The position numbers and the translations under genes are program-made. From contig JBLDXI010000049.1 in assembly GCA_047495785.1 (NCBI GenBank), positions 68,626 to 132,625 of the forward strand: a stretch of DNA of 64,000 nt. The letters are read 5' to 3'. Shown here piece after piece: positions 25,694 through 38,700 of the stretch. Source of the DNA: Lepidodermella squamata. Taxonomy: Eukaryota > Animalia > Gastrotricha. The notes under the pieces were generated by a model. The model saw only the letters and a list, made by a program, of their open reading frames with translations. It was not told where the DNA came from and did not search any database. Every line of letters starts with the position of its first letter. Within the stretch, counting starts at the first letter, position 1.

Positions 25694-26835
25694 TCAGCAA
25701 CCTGAGGTGGGGAATTTTTCTTTGTCAGTCACTCGCGGATTCAACCAAATCTCGTCAACCACCAGTCTTAGATTATTCCTGATTGTAACAACCCCGGCGT
25801 TATCAGTGTTCTTAGTGACAAAACACTTAATGCTGTCGGCCAATCGAACTGAGACAGCGCTTGATTTCTTCATGAGCGCGACAGAATTCTGCGGCCCATG
25901 CTTGCCTTCAACCGAGGCGACGATTTTAAGAGCAGTTATGTAAAGTCGACGTAGCTTGTACAGTTGCGGGAACCGCTTGCAAACATTCACTGAGATGAAT
26001 ATAAGCTTGAATCTCAAAATTCAATCACAGAATTAACAAACCTTTGAAAAGTAGCAAGGTGATGAAAATTGAGGCCTGTAAAAGTGAAGGATTCCATTGC
26101 TCTAAAACTTCAGCAAGTTCGGCAGCTGAATACACTGATTGCTGTTTGATTTGAGTTCAAATATGCACAAAAGAATATCGATTAATCTCAACCTTAAATT
26201 CAGGATAGTCTTTCACCAGCCATTGTTCGACATCATTGCTCAGGTGTAGCTTCGAAGTGGCGTTGCCAGGTAGACATGATAATGAAGATCCTATGGCAAG
26301 CCAACCCGTTGCAAAAAGCCGCTTGGGTTTCCCGGTTACTCAGACCGAATTTTTCTGTATATCTAAAGTAAATAACTTAACAATATATTGGAGATCCTAA
26401 ACCTTTGAAACAGCATGCGTAACTCAATCCGATTCTCAAACTTTGGTTAAGATGAGCTTCCAATAGATCACGATGTTTCTCCAAGTTGAAATGACTAGAA
26501 AAAATGTTCGATTACTGACTAGAAAAAATAAACATTGCTTACACTTCATGCCGGCTTTGAAGCATTTCTCAAGGCGACATCTCGTGCAGTTCGCCCGGGA
26601 ATTCCCGATAATGGAGCACGGCGGCATTTTTGAGACACATTGCAGCGAGTACCGTTTAGGGTGGTTGCGGTAAAAGAATTTCTTGCAAGCATGGCAAGTC
26701 CTGGGTTGGTATTCTTTCCGTGGGAGAACTGTTAGAGAACAAACCTGCTCAAAAATAGGATAGCAATCGTTTTATTTCGCGGAAATTATAACACACCTGA
26801 CAGAATACCAGCTCCTCTGGTTCCATGCTAATCAT
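25694..26835 (-). pseudogene. NR-d: recent duplicate of NR-c with an internal ~200-bp deletion (intact DBD, LBD out of frame)
   Basis: DBD nearly identical to NR-c. The hinge/H1 exon and the start of the next exon are missing, so the phase-1 junction frameshifts to a stop at 26436. Downstream LBD exons remain recognisable. Confidence 0.7.
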
Positions 26836-28489
26836 TAGTGTGCAATTTTTGCTTGAAAGCACGAGTTCCGATGCGGTTTGTGGCTTCAGTGCAGACTTGA
26901 GAGTGGACCGACTGGAAGTCAAGAAGTTTCGTTTTTTACTACTAAGCAATTCAGTACCACGCTAATTCTTATGAACGCAACCGCACATAATCGACCGACT
27001 ATAGACGAATTCAGAATGAATTCATTATATACCGGCATTTAGGCCCGTAAATTGATGGTAAGAATAACTTGAATCGTCCTCGCATGTCTTTAAAATGTTC
27101 TGGGTAGCAATATCATTAGGCATAAACCCAGAACATATTGCAGTCCGTAGCCTTAGAATAGATTAATGTCTACAGAGTATCGCCCGTTCCCTTCTCCATC
27201 GTATTCATGTTTTGCGATTGATATACGTAGGGGATCAAAATGTCTTAATTACCGATATCAATCAGCATTCCTTAATAGACACAATGGTATGCCAGGTCGA
27301 AACTATGCCGATGACCTCGCATCTCGCATCAGCGAAAAATGTCCATTTCCATTAGGTAATAAGTGTTGTACTAACAAGGAAGATAGCTGGCGAAAACTGG
27401 ATAAAGAGAGAGGTAAGGCCACTGATATAGCTAGACATTATTTATAGGTGATCAGCTGTTCGACCGTGACGAAACTGTTTAAATGTAGCAATATACTACT
27501 CTGCTCGCGATTCGCTAGAGAATTTGGCTTCCCATCGTCATTCGCAAGCTAACCAACTGATGTTTAAGCGTCATACAGTATGGAACATAGATATTGAGCT
27601 CAGGGGCCCTCCATGCCATGTTTAGTCCGCCGTGACCCAGGTCAAAATGGATCTTCCAATTGGCATCGAAGACTTGATCCATGTCCCTTGAACTTCGACG
27701 GCCTCTGGCCTTCGCTTTTCATAACTTGGGTCAGTCTTTCAACGCCGCCCGCAACTCTAATTCTATAACGTGCCAAACGTCAAACGATAAGGTTACCTAT
27801 GCATTTAGCAAAGGATGAGAATCAGGTTTTTTCAAATTACTCATCTCTTCTGCTCAGGGCTCTCTATCTCATTGCTTCTGCAGCTTTGCAAACGAAAAGT
27901 CAGTTGGTTGATTCGCTGTCATTCGGTGGCAGAAAGTTATAGCAGTTCTTCTCATTCTCCCTTGGACTTTGCAGCAGCTATCAACGTTTCTGTCGAAGAA
28001 TAGTTATTACAAATTGCTGATCTCGTATCTCTGAATTAAATATAAATGGGCAATGCAAGTTTGACAGCCCCATCGAAGTCATGCCAGCTTTTGACAAACC
28101 GGGTATATTCAAGAAATGAAGAAACGAAATCGGTTGAACTGATCATGCGGCAGAAACTCCAAATCAGCATGCCCAGAGCTGTTTCTCCTATTAGGTAACC
28201 GCGATCCAAGCATCATGCAGGATTGGGTTCTTTATACCTCGCTTGAGGCTTGAGTTTGACAAGTTAAACAATTAGAATAAGGAAAATTAGTCAAAAAGCG
28301 TTAGTCGAACTATATACGCCTTTTATTAATCACGGGCATGCATTATCTTGTTACATATTCGCGAAAATTTTACAAGTTGCGGTTTCATTGACAACTGATA
28401 TGGGCTTATGAGACGATAATTAAGCAAATATAAATTTAAAAGTCACAATCAAGTAAATTAATGGCTTCACGACTATCGAATACTCCTCT

Positions 28490-29866
28490 TTATCCTTCAA
28501 AAACATCAGCATTGTCAACCGCGAGCTCATAGACTTCCTTCAAAGTTTGGCCCGTTTCACTGCCCAATATTGGCATGTGGTCGACTGATTTGGCCGCCTT
28601 GACAGTCTTAGTATGACAATTCAACAACAAACGCATTGCCTCATCTGGTTCGCGCTGCTTTTCCATGGAACTGATCAAGCTGAATGCAGTGGTGTAAAGT
28701 TTCCTAATATGAGCCAAACGAGGGAACCGCGAAACGGCATCAGCTTAGCAGGATAAAATTCAATTGTGGATCGATATAAAAATTCAACCTACAATTGAAG
28801 AGTAACATGCTGAAAAATATTGATGACTCCAAAAGAGTAGGTCTCCAATTCTCTAGAGCAGCAGCGAGTTCATTGGCAGAATCTAGGATTGTCTGTAAAG
28901 AGGGGTTTTAACTCAATAGGTCTTTTTCTTATGGAACTTGCCCTAAATTCAGGAAGATTTTTCAGAAGCCAACTTGCAGCGTCTTGGCTAAGATGCAGAG
29001 TTGAGCAAGAGTTTCCAGGGAAACAGGAAAAAGCTGTAGAAACTGATTGCCAGCCGGTCAACATCGCAGCTTTAGCTTCTTGTGGGGTCAGTCTGAACCT
29101 TTCTGCAAGGAACCTTTAGCGAATGGGATTTAAAATCGGCAATATGCCACCTTTGAAAAATCGAGTATATTCCAAAGAAACGGAGCAAAAGTGGTTGAAC
29201 TGGCCCCAGTGCAAATCGTCCAAATCAGTTTCACTAGTGGCATTCCTCATAGGTAGCTGGTAATTTCAGATTTCAGGTGAGATCAATACATCAATAATTT
29301 TCTCTTACGTAATCCAAGCTTTGAAGTATTGTGAATCCATGAACAGCGAATTTGAGTGCATCTTCCAGGATATCACCATCGAGGATTGCAATTTCACTGC
29401 TGGGTGACGACGAATCACATTCAGAATAATTCTCCTTCGAGGAGTTTGGTACTTTGGCGGACTTTGACCGAGATCCACCTGAATAATCGAAAATGTGATG
29501 ACCAAATGTATCAAATCGGAATATGTAAAATTTCAGTTAGTCAATATACTCACGCTTCATTCCGGCTGCTAAGCACTTTGCCAGACGGCATTTCTTGCAA
29601 AGGCCCCTGTCTGCGCCAACTATGACGCAGTTATTTGAACCATCCTGGCAAACAAGATCTCCAAGATGATTTCGATGCCGCGTGAAGAATTTCATGCAAG
29701 CTTGGCAAGTTCTTGGTTGATATTCCTTTCGAGGCGGAACAACTGCTGTGCATATCTTATGAGGGTTTGAAGGGGGTTAACTCAATAATCGAGTTGAAAA
29801 AGTGATGGAGCTTACCTGACATAGAGTGACTTTGTTGTAAGGCTTCGGCTTGATCAGAGACTTCAT
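28490..29866 (-). CDS. Divergent nuclear-receptor-like gene NR-e
   Basis: MKSLIKPKPYNKVTLCQ|ICTAVVPPRKEYQPRTCQACMKFFTRH...CKKCRLAKCLAAGMK; LDGDILEDALKFAVHGFTILQSLDY|LPMR; WRPTLLESSIFF. Confidence 0.85.
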
Positions 29867-31986
29867 TTAAAGAATTAAAATTTCTCTCCAGCTTAAATGT
29901 TGGTTAAATTAGGAAAAACGTGATTCTTGTTCGATGAGAAATGTTTACAGATTGCATTCATTGCACAGACTTGGGCGCAGACAATTTTGGACATTAGGAA
30001 CATCACAATCGGAACAGTTTTGCAGGAGAGTGGTGACCTAGATATGTGTTCAAGTGCGTGATCGATGATATGTTCGACTATATCAAGACCGTCGCGCACT
30101 AACGCGTCACAGGAAGGGCTTTTAGACACTTACGCATTATGTGCCAATTATTAGCCATATTAGTCTTTGTCCGAACTTTCAAGTTCGGACGCAGCTAATA
30201 ATGGACAATCATCGCTATGCGCGGAATTAGGCCTCTCGTATAAAACAACTGTGAGTCGTTTCGTTCCTCCCTATATAAGCCGCGAGATCGGATGCGCGAG
30301 TTGAAAAATTCTCATTTCGTCAATTTAAGGACAACTCAGACATCAGACTGTCGAGAGTACTCGACCGTGTTCTAAGTGCTTGCGGTCTCACGATTGTCTA
30401 CAATGACGCCAAACGAATGGACATGCGCGACGCAAAGTACTGAAATGATAAATTCTTGCTATGTATTGACGAGCGATGTTGAACTACGTGTATCGACGAC
30501 AGGAATTCTAACTGAAACACATCATTGAAAACTTCAAGTTTGATATTTGTCCCCAGCCTGTTGCTTGCAGTGTGTCACTCGCCCCGCTTGAACTTCACAG
30601 ACTCCAAGGGGAGTATGTTTGCACTGGCAAAAGTCCCCAGTATTAGGGACATTATTAAACTATTTACAGCTGTTCAGCGCAAATTGCCGATAATTTTGAA
30701 CATATACGCTGCTCAGAGCCACTGCATCGCAGTATGCTCACGGACAAGGCGACAGCAGAGCGCATCGGATTTTTGCTTGGCAGGCAAGGTGAAAATCGGA
30801 AAATTACTAAGTGTTTATTAGATCTTTGCGCGCGTGATAAATGAGGCTTAACTTTCGTACAATAACGGACAAGAATGATCCATTTTCCCGGACCCTAAAA
30901 AATAGCTCAGATAATAATAGGGTTAGAGTAGTTTTAAGAAAATATGAATCGTTTTTCATTCAGCCTTTTTATCCTGAAACAAGGACACGCTTTCATCGAA
31001 GAGGATAAATTCAGGCGAAAGTGAGGAAAATTTCCAACATCTGTCTTAAACGGTACCTCGATTTGATTGCATTTGAATCGTGATTAGCAAAGTTATTTTA
31101 AAACTATTTATATCCAGCCGACTGTCTGAGTTTTTCTTTCTATTTCCGGCTTTTTTTAGCGCAGCATAGAGCTAAAAATATGGTTATCAAGCACGTGTTG
31201 GATCTATTCGGTTCCAACTTGGCGAATTCTAGTCACCTCCGAGTTTTACTGTCAGCAATGAGTACATCTGATTCGTGTGAAGCGGTTGGCTTGAAAATGC
31301 TGGGTCAACCGCTCTGAGGAAATAGGGTACAAATTCAACTTTTTCAGCCTACGCACTCAGATCGACAAACAATGGACGCCAGGCTGACGTAAGATCACGT
31401 CTACTAGCGTCTGGTGCGTACTTCATGTGCGATGTGCGCCTGATGACTGGGCTGCAACATCAGGCAAGCGTTTTTCCGGGCCAGTTGAGAATTGAAAATA
31501 CATACTATGAATGCCCGAAATCGGTTATTGCAACCGTTGATATCCATGATCTTACATTGGCGCCGAGACCCGTAGTTCTATTACCTCAGCTAAAGAGTCG
31601 ACCATGATGCGATGAAGGCATAGTCTATGCATCGGCAAAACTAGACCTGCGATTGCTTGAATAGCACAGTCAACTCGCCGTTTAGTGGAAATGGTCTCAC
31701 ATCTTCTTCGGCCGCTACGTCAAACCGCGAAGCATCAATCGTGCCAGCCGTCATAAGATATGTGCTTAGAGCAAGTGCGTGGACAGCCAACTGTTGTTGG
31801 ATGAAATGAAGCAGAATGCTATAGACTGAAATAACGCTACTTAAACCCTTGAATCTTGGCTTTAAAGCCTTCTCAATCCTCTGAATGAATAAATAAATAA
31901 ACGCTTTGTACGAGGAAGGTTTCACTTTTCAACAAATCAGGGTTTTACTTTTCTTTCAACTAAGGTGAGCTAGAAGCCGAATGATT

Positions 31987-34015
31987 TTAGAAACCAAACT
32001 CAGTTACAGACTCCGAAGGCTTTGCTGAGACATACAACAAAATTGGAGTGAGCAGTGAAGCCAGCGCATAGATCCACAAATTGACGCGTTCGATAACTTC
32101 GGCAATAAACAGCCATTGCTCTTCGATTGTGGCCGCTTTCTGGTTTTCTTGTCGATTCGGAGGGCTGTTGACTCCACATTGCAAATCAGACATTTCCGCA
32201 GCATCGCAACTGCTTGCTCCAACTGAAGACGATCGAGTGCCCTTCAGACGCCGTCTTCTTCCTTGAACTTTAAACTTGATGAATTGACATTTGCCGAAAA
32301 TCTTCGCTGCTCCGAGGAGCCAAGCATGCGGTCGAGTCTGGAATCAACTTTTTTACCGAACTTGGTTGATAAGTCAGCTCATACTCACCTTGTTTGCCTT
32401 GGACTTTTTCAAGGCCCAGAGAACAATGCCGTGACCTAGAATTGCGATTATTGCGATGTAAATCATTTGAAGGTGGATGTATAGGGAAAGCATTGGCACT
32501 TCTCGAGACGATTTTGGGACCTCGCTCAAAATCATGTTCTGAAACAAAAATCAAAAACATTTATCCAGAAGCATCAAACTTGTGAGGTTCACCTGGAAAA
32601 ACAGATAGGCCAGAAAACACGAAACCGAAATGCCCACTTTCCCTGTCTGTTCCACCTAGAAAAACGAGAATGATTCTCACAATCAAAGTTTTGCCAATGT
32701 CATCGCTTACCGGGATTAGGAAAACAACCAGTTGAACTGCAGCGATTGTAACACTAGGGATGATTATGTTGACCTTGTAGAACAGAGTTTTGCGGCAGAG
32801 CAGCAGGGAGAAGATGACCTTTTCATAGGTTATGCCGCTAGCTGCCGAATACTTTTCGGCAACAACTTCCGTACGGTTTGCTGCAACGTGCCACAGGTCG
32901 TTTTCAGTCCATAGATTGTCAACCCTTGCGAACGGATTATTCAGTAAGATGAGCTCCTGCATTGTGGCCGGATAGTTCCAACTTTCAAGAACGAATTGGC
33001 AAATCTGTGACATTATAAGGGAAAAATCGAGGGTGGCCAAATGTTAGATTGATTCTCTCACCTGGTAATCGAAAGGGAAAGTTGCCAACTTGATGTTGCA
33101 TTGGTCTTGGATGATTCCTTTTGGATACAGTTCGATTTGGCCGCTACTTTTAAGAAGGGCTTTCGATTTTTCACCCAAGATGCCACCGCCACTAAAGCCA
33201 CGTTGTAATTTATAACTATCCAAGTTTGAAAATTAAGCAATAATTTTACTTTTCGCCGGATGCGCCGGTTGTCCAAGCCAAGTCGGGTAGCCAAAGCTTG
33301 TCCGTAGCAACCAGCAGCCGGTGGGCACATTTAAAAGGAAAAGTGTTGTCCCACTGCAGATAATCGTTAGTCCAAACCTTGACACGTATGAATATGAATT
33401 TCCAGGTAAAACTTGTGAGAAAAATTCTAAATTGCCCCAATTTCATTTCGATTTTTTTCAATTTTAATCTCGTAAAAATTCGATGAAAATGGGACAATTT
33501 GAGAAATTGTATAAAAATCTCTAGAATGATATAAACTTGCAAACTTACTATTGATAAGTATCCATCGATTTGAACAGAACCTTGTCTTTCATCCTGAACC
33601 AAAAGACTCATGAATTAACGTGACGGTTAGGAACGTTTCTCGAACCAATTTTCGTAGGCTGAGCATTTTAAGCCGAACTCCGACGACAACCGGCTCTGTC
33701 AAATTTTTTCTTGGCCGCATTTTCGAATTCGGATAGTTGTTGAAAACATGCGCGTAGACTTCGTCTTCGGATATCACTGTGGATCAGGTGAATTCGTGAA
33801 TTAGGAAAATTATCGTAATATCCGAGTCTTACTCGTTGATAAGCACGTTTGGTTCATGCTTTCGGTGCGGTTGTTAGCCATAAACTCAGCGGCTCCACCT
33901 GTTTGAGAGGAAAATAGTTCGTGTAAAAACGTTGACCCATTCAATCCAAGTAGTATCACCGCTCACCGCTTAAAAGCATGGAAAGAAAACAGTGCAAGAG
34001 AGAACTGATTAACAT
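31987..34015 (-). CDS. Cys-loop ligand-gated ion channel subunit, nAChR-like, non-alpha
   Basis: Signal peptide MLISSLLHCFLSMLLSG; NYPNSKMRP; LWLPD; Cys-loop CNIKLATFPFDYQIC; loop B ESWNY; M1 FYKVNIIIP; M4 EQWLFIAEVIERVNLW; no vicinal Cys in loop C. Confidence 0.88.
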
Positions 34016-34379
34016 TGAACCCGAACAATTCTTTGTATAACAGTGATTTGTTTAGGTTAAAATTGAAAATTCTATCGATGAAAATGGCAGTATTAATTCG
34101 AAAATAATGAGTGATGGTGCTAAACGTGTAATAGCAGCACGTAACAATGACTTTGAAACTGTTAGCTTGAGAATTCACTAAGGGCTAGGAGTCCATTATT
34201 TGATCCGAGACCACCCCTTGATGACCCATGGTAATTCCATCGTAGAGTTTGACACCCAAATTGAGGCGTTATATCCGACTTATCAAAAAAGTCGGCGCTC
34301 GTGATGAGGAAAAACAAACGACTCTCAATCTCAAAGTAACCTAGCAGGCAGGTAAAAATGACCTGCCACCTTGATCTGA

Positions 34380-35118
34380 GAGCAGGAATCCCTAATTTCG
34401 GCCACCGCTAAATTCGGTCGCTGCGACCTAACTTCGGCCACCGGCCGAAATTAGGACACTGAGTGCTGTGCAGCGGGCTTTTTCCCCGCAAATCAAGAAA
34501 TTTTCATTGTTAAGGAAATCTTCTGTTTCATGATTTTTCAAGCACGTGATCGCAAAAAACAGTCATAAATCACTCTAGAAAAGTCCCGTAATAGGCCTAA
34601 AAAGAATGGGGACGCGGGAAGAACTTTGTCACGTTGTTTCTAAGGGACAAATAGAGTCCCTTTCTTTTTTGAATTGTCCCTTAAAAAAGTGACAAAGTTC
34701 TTCCCGCTCTTTTTAGGCCTATTACGGGACTTTTCTAGAGTGATGCGGGCGAGGGGGGTCATGTCGCTACTCGACTGCTTTTTTTACCATAAACACCAGA
34801 GTTTCAGGCATCACATCTTCAAGGAAAAGCTCCCAGGTAAAGATACAAAGGCGATTTCCCCACTCAGCTTGTCGAGACGACTTTAACGGTATCAAACTTG
34901 AGGTATTAGCCTAACTGGATGAGGTGGCCGAAATTAGGGCACTGGGTTCCCTATTTACAGCATAAATCAAGGTGAAATCGTCCAGAATTGCGGAAACTGG
35001 CATTCGATAGCCCAAGAACTCCTCTACAATTCATATTCGTCAAATATTTTCTAAAAACTCATCTGGCTGGCAAAGTAGGAGAAACCCGGAAAGTGGCCGA
35101 ATTTAGGGCGGCTTGCTC
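34380..35118. mobile_element. Second copy of the 3.7-kb-position MITE family, with a nested foldback insertion
   Basis: TIRs gagcaggaatccctaatttcggccac / gtggccgaatttagggcggcttgctc; internal blocks shared with 3705-4128 (aaagctcccaggtaaag, actggatgaggtggccgaaattagggcac). Confidence 0.75.
34569..34744. mobile_element. ~175-bp palindromic (foldback) element
   Basis: atcactctagaaaagtcccgtaataggcctaaaaag ... ctttttaggcctattacgggacttttctagagtgat; absent from the 3705-4128 copy. Confidence 0.8.
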
Positions 35119-35742
35119 GCACTCAAATTTGGAAAATTTATATACAATATGGCACGGTCTACGAGATAAATATCGAATTTTTAAATGCTGATAGTTCGTA
35201 TTGCTTATTTTACGATAACGCAATCGCCCATTGGGATGAATTTCCTAATACGATATGACCTATACTATATTTCTGAGCTTTATTTATACCCGATTATCAG
35301 TTCAATTTAGTCCAATTTTCTAGGCTTTTTCAGCCTATGACACGAATCTGTCTCATTTATTTGGGCTGGCTGACGAAAATGTTAGTCCGAAATCGACCTG
35401 GTATTTAAACCTGGATTTCCCGATGTTACACTGATATGTTTTCAATATGAATATTGGCGACATTTTGTGGTAAAATTTTGCCCAGTTCAAGTTTTTAAGC
35501 TTTTTCGTTGAATTTATTTAGAGATCGACCATAGCATTATATTGAATTTTGAATTTTTCCCTCATATTTTCTTGCCTTTTATATAAGCTCAATTTAAATC
35601 TCACTCTCATTGGTCATCAAGCTGACAATTTTTGAAGAAATATCGCGTGCCAGAATGGTGCAGTCTAACAAGAGCTTTTCACGATTTCATGTTACTGAAT
35701 TTTTCATTTCTTCATCTTACAACTTACTAACAACACTTAGTA

Positions 35743-38700
35743 ATGGCGAAAATTCAACTCGCCCTCTTGTTTTTTATTCTCAGCTTTCACTTCGCAGCAG
35801 GTAAATTTACCAATAAATTATACGCGTATTCATTACTTTTTTAATTTTTTAGGCGAGGAGTTCTCGAGTTACTGCACCGATCATGGCCACGGTCAAAAGT
35901 TGATGACATCTTTATCCCTAAAAACAACCAACCACGGCCAGCTATTCAGCCACGATCCTCGCAATTTCACCGATTCGAAGCCATTCAAGCGTATCAAATG
36001 TGCATGGCGGCTGCTTTTCGACGATTTCATCAGCGAACTCGATGATCTTATCGCAGCTCCGAGGTCGAACGACTTACTCGCCGAGCAGGACGCGATACAA
36101 CGGTCTCAAAGGCCTAAACCCCGTTTCCGAATGGGAACCGATGGCGACGATAGCCAATCGCTGCGGCTTGAATTTCACGATTTCGACATTGCCGAGACGA
36201 AATTCGATCAAAACGACCTGGACGAGCGGAAAGTTGTTGATGATTCAGGGCGGCGATGTGAGCGTAACTGGGTCAAAATTTCCTACATTGACGGTCACGC
36301 GAATAAGCAAGAATTAGGCCAATTTTGCGGTAAGGTTTCAATACCGAATTTCTACGGCGAACCTGGCCGATCGGTTATTATCGAAGTTGAAATAAATGAC
36401 GCGCCGGCTAAGCCGTTTCGCATCGATTTTCACACCGGCCGGGCGTTGGAATCGCATAACAAGCAGTGTTCCATGTCGTATTTCGCGTGTGAGAATTTTC
36501 ATGACCTACTTCAACCAGGCGGGTCAAGGTGCATTCCCGACTCGTACAAATGCGACACGTTCGGCGACTGTCCGACGCGAGATGACGAGCGCGGCTGTGT
36601 TAAAGACAAGCCAAAGCCGGAGGAAATGCCGCTGGAGGCTGGTGATATGGCTCCGATTGAGCGCGAAATTATCGATTCTGGTTGTGGCTCGCCGCGCTAT
36701 CAAACTGGGTCAAGTGGTGCGTTCGGGTCGAAAAATTACCCGAAAAAATACGACAATAATGTGCGATGTGTCTGGTACATTATGTCACCTCCTGATACGG
36801 TAATTAACTGTCTACTCGTGAATCAAATTTTATTCGGGTCTTAATTTTAGCGGAACCAAATTTGAATGTAGCGGAACCAAATTTGCCTGTTAGCGGAACC
36901 AAATTTAGGAATTTTCGAAGAGCCTAAAGCCACTTTTTGAAGCTTTCAAGCTTGTCATGATCTATCAGCATAATTTGAAATAAATCATCATTAAATTCAG
37001 CGTAAAATTCTGTAAAAGACGCATTCTTCACTATACGATTCATGCATTGCCTCAATTTCGTAGAAAAATTCAAAAAGTCACCTTTCGCTTACCTAAAATT
37101 TGGTTCCGAAAAATGCCGATTTGGTTCCGCTTTTTGTTTATTAAAAATGTCATTTTCAAAATTATCAATTAATGGATTTATGAAAATTTAATGAATTTGG
37201 ATTTTTTTTTAATTTTTTAAAATTTAAAATAAAAAAACTCTAGAATTAGAATTCAAATTTAAATTTGGGTCCCCTACAAAGTAGGGAAAATTTAGTAAAA
37301 GGCTTCAAAACAAAAGCTTCAAAGCACCATGACCTCAAAGCAAAATAAAAAAATTGCTTCAGAGTAAAATAATAACATTAATTCCAAAACATGCTGATCA
37401 TTGCGAAATACTTTATTTTACTTTTTTAATGGGAGTGCTTTGAAGCCATTTGGTCTGGAGAGCGCACCATTTGTTGCGTCATAATTTCTTTGAAGCCTTT
37501 TACTTCGTAGGGGACCCTTAAATTTAATTGAAAAATAATCAAATTTTTCACGATGAATTTTGATAATTTTTAGAAAATCTTGATCACCTTCAATCAAACT
37601 TTCGGCATCGAGCCATCTGAAACGCAGGGTGACTGTTCATTTGATGCGCTCAATTTCTACCCTCGCGGGGTCGACTCAATGAAATTCGGCCAACGAGTGT
37701 GCGGAAAATCGACGCCGAAATCACTGATAATCGGCTCGTCATGGGTTATGGTTGTCTTCGAAACCGACTCATCAACAACTATGGACGGCTTCTTCCTAAA
37801 ATGGAAGTCAATAACGGCGCTTGAGGAATCTACCTTAACCGGGTCAACGAATTTGAAACCACCCGTTCCAACCCCGCCGGCTAATAGCGAAGATTCCTGC
37901 ACAACTTCCACCGGAATTTCACTGAAAGACCACTCTGGCTTCATCCAATCACCAGCCTATACCATGTCCCCAACCTACCCGTCCACCTTAATGTGCCGTT
38001 GGCAGCTGTTGCCAGCTCCAAAGGCGAAGGATGATAGTTACAATTTGACGCGAATCGAATTTCGATTTCTCGATTTTTCGGTCCAAGCTTCGAAAGAATG
38101 CGCCGCTGATTTTCTGATGATTAAATACCAAGATTTGGACAACAAGCCGCAATGGGTCAGGTTTTGCAACGGCGCCAATGAACCGCCGTTCGAAGAGGCC
38201 TTCGTCATTAACACGCGAAATGGCGCCGAAATCATTTTTCGCGCCGATTCTTGGATTGAAGATCGCGGTTTTGAATTTTCGTACAAAGCCGTATTTGCGG
38301 AGGATGAAAAATTGCCGGCACTAATTATTGGCCACGATGATGAGGTGCTTTCGCCCACGTGCGGTTTGGCGCCTAACGCCCTGGCGCCGGCTTCTCCCGT
38401 GTTTTCTGGGTCATCGCCTTTCCTAATTGGAGGGTCCACTATTGTTGAGGTAGGTACATTTTTATTATAAATTTTAGAAATTTTTTGAAGTCCGCCTGAT
38501 TTTTAGAACGGCGTTTTCCCTTGGATGGTTCACTTGATGTTTCAAAAGCAACACCGATGTGCCGGAACAATTATCAGCGACAGTGAGTTTTTGAAGTCCC
38601 ATTTCGATTTTCCTTAATAGTTTGGATTATTTTAGAATGGATCCTGGCTTCGGCTCATTGTTTTCAAAATGAGTACCGTAATGTTAAGCTATGGGAAGTT

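Noticed and set aside
27500-28200. Possible decayed minus-strand exons
   Set aside because: Multiple stops and no similarity to the NR family or any family I recognise
36849-36906. Short direct repeats with spacers, superficially CRISPR-like
   Set aside because: Only three 15-bp units with 6-7-nt spacers in a eukaryotic intron, with inverted copies downstream; these fit transposon sub-terminal repeats
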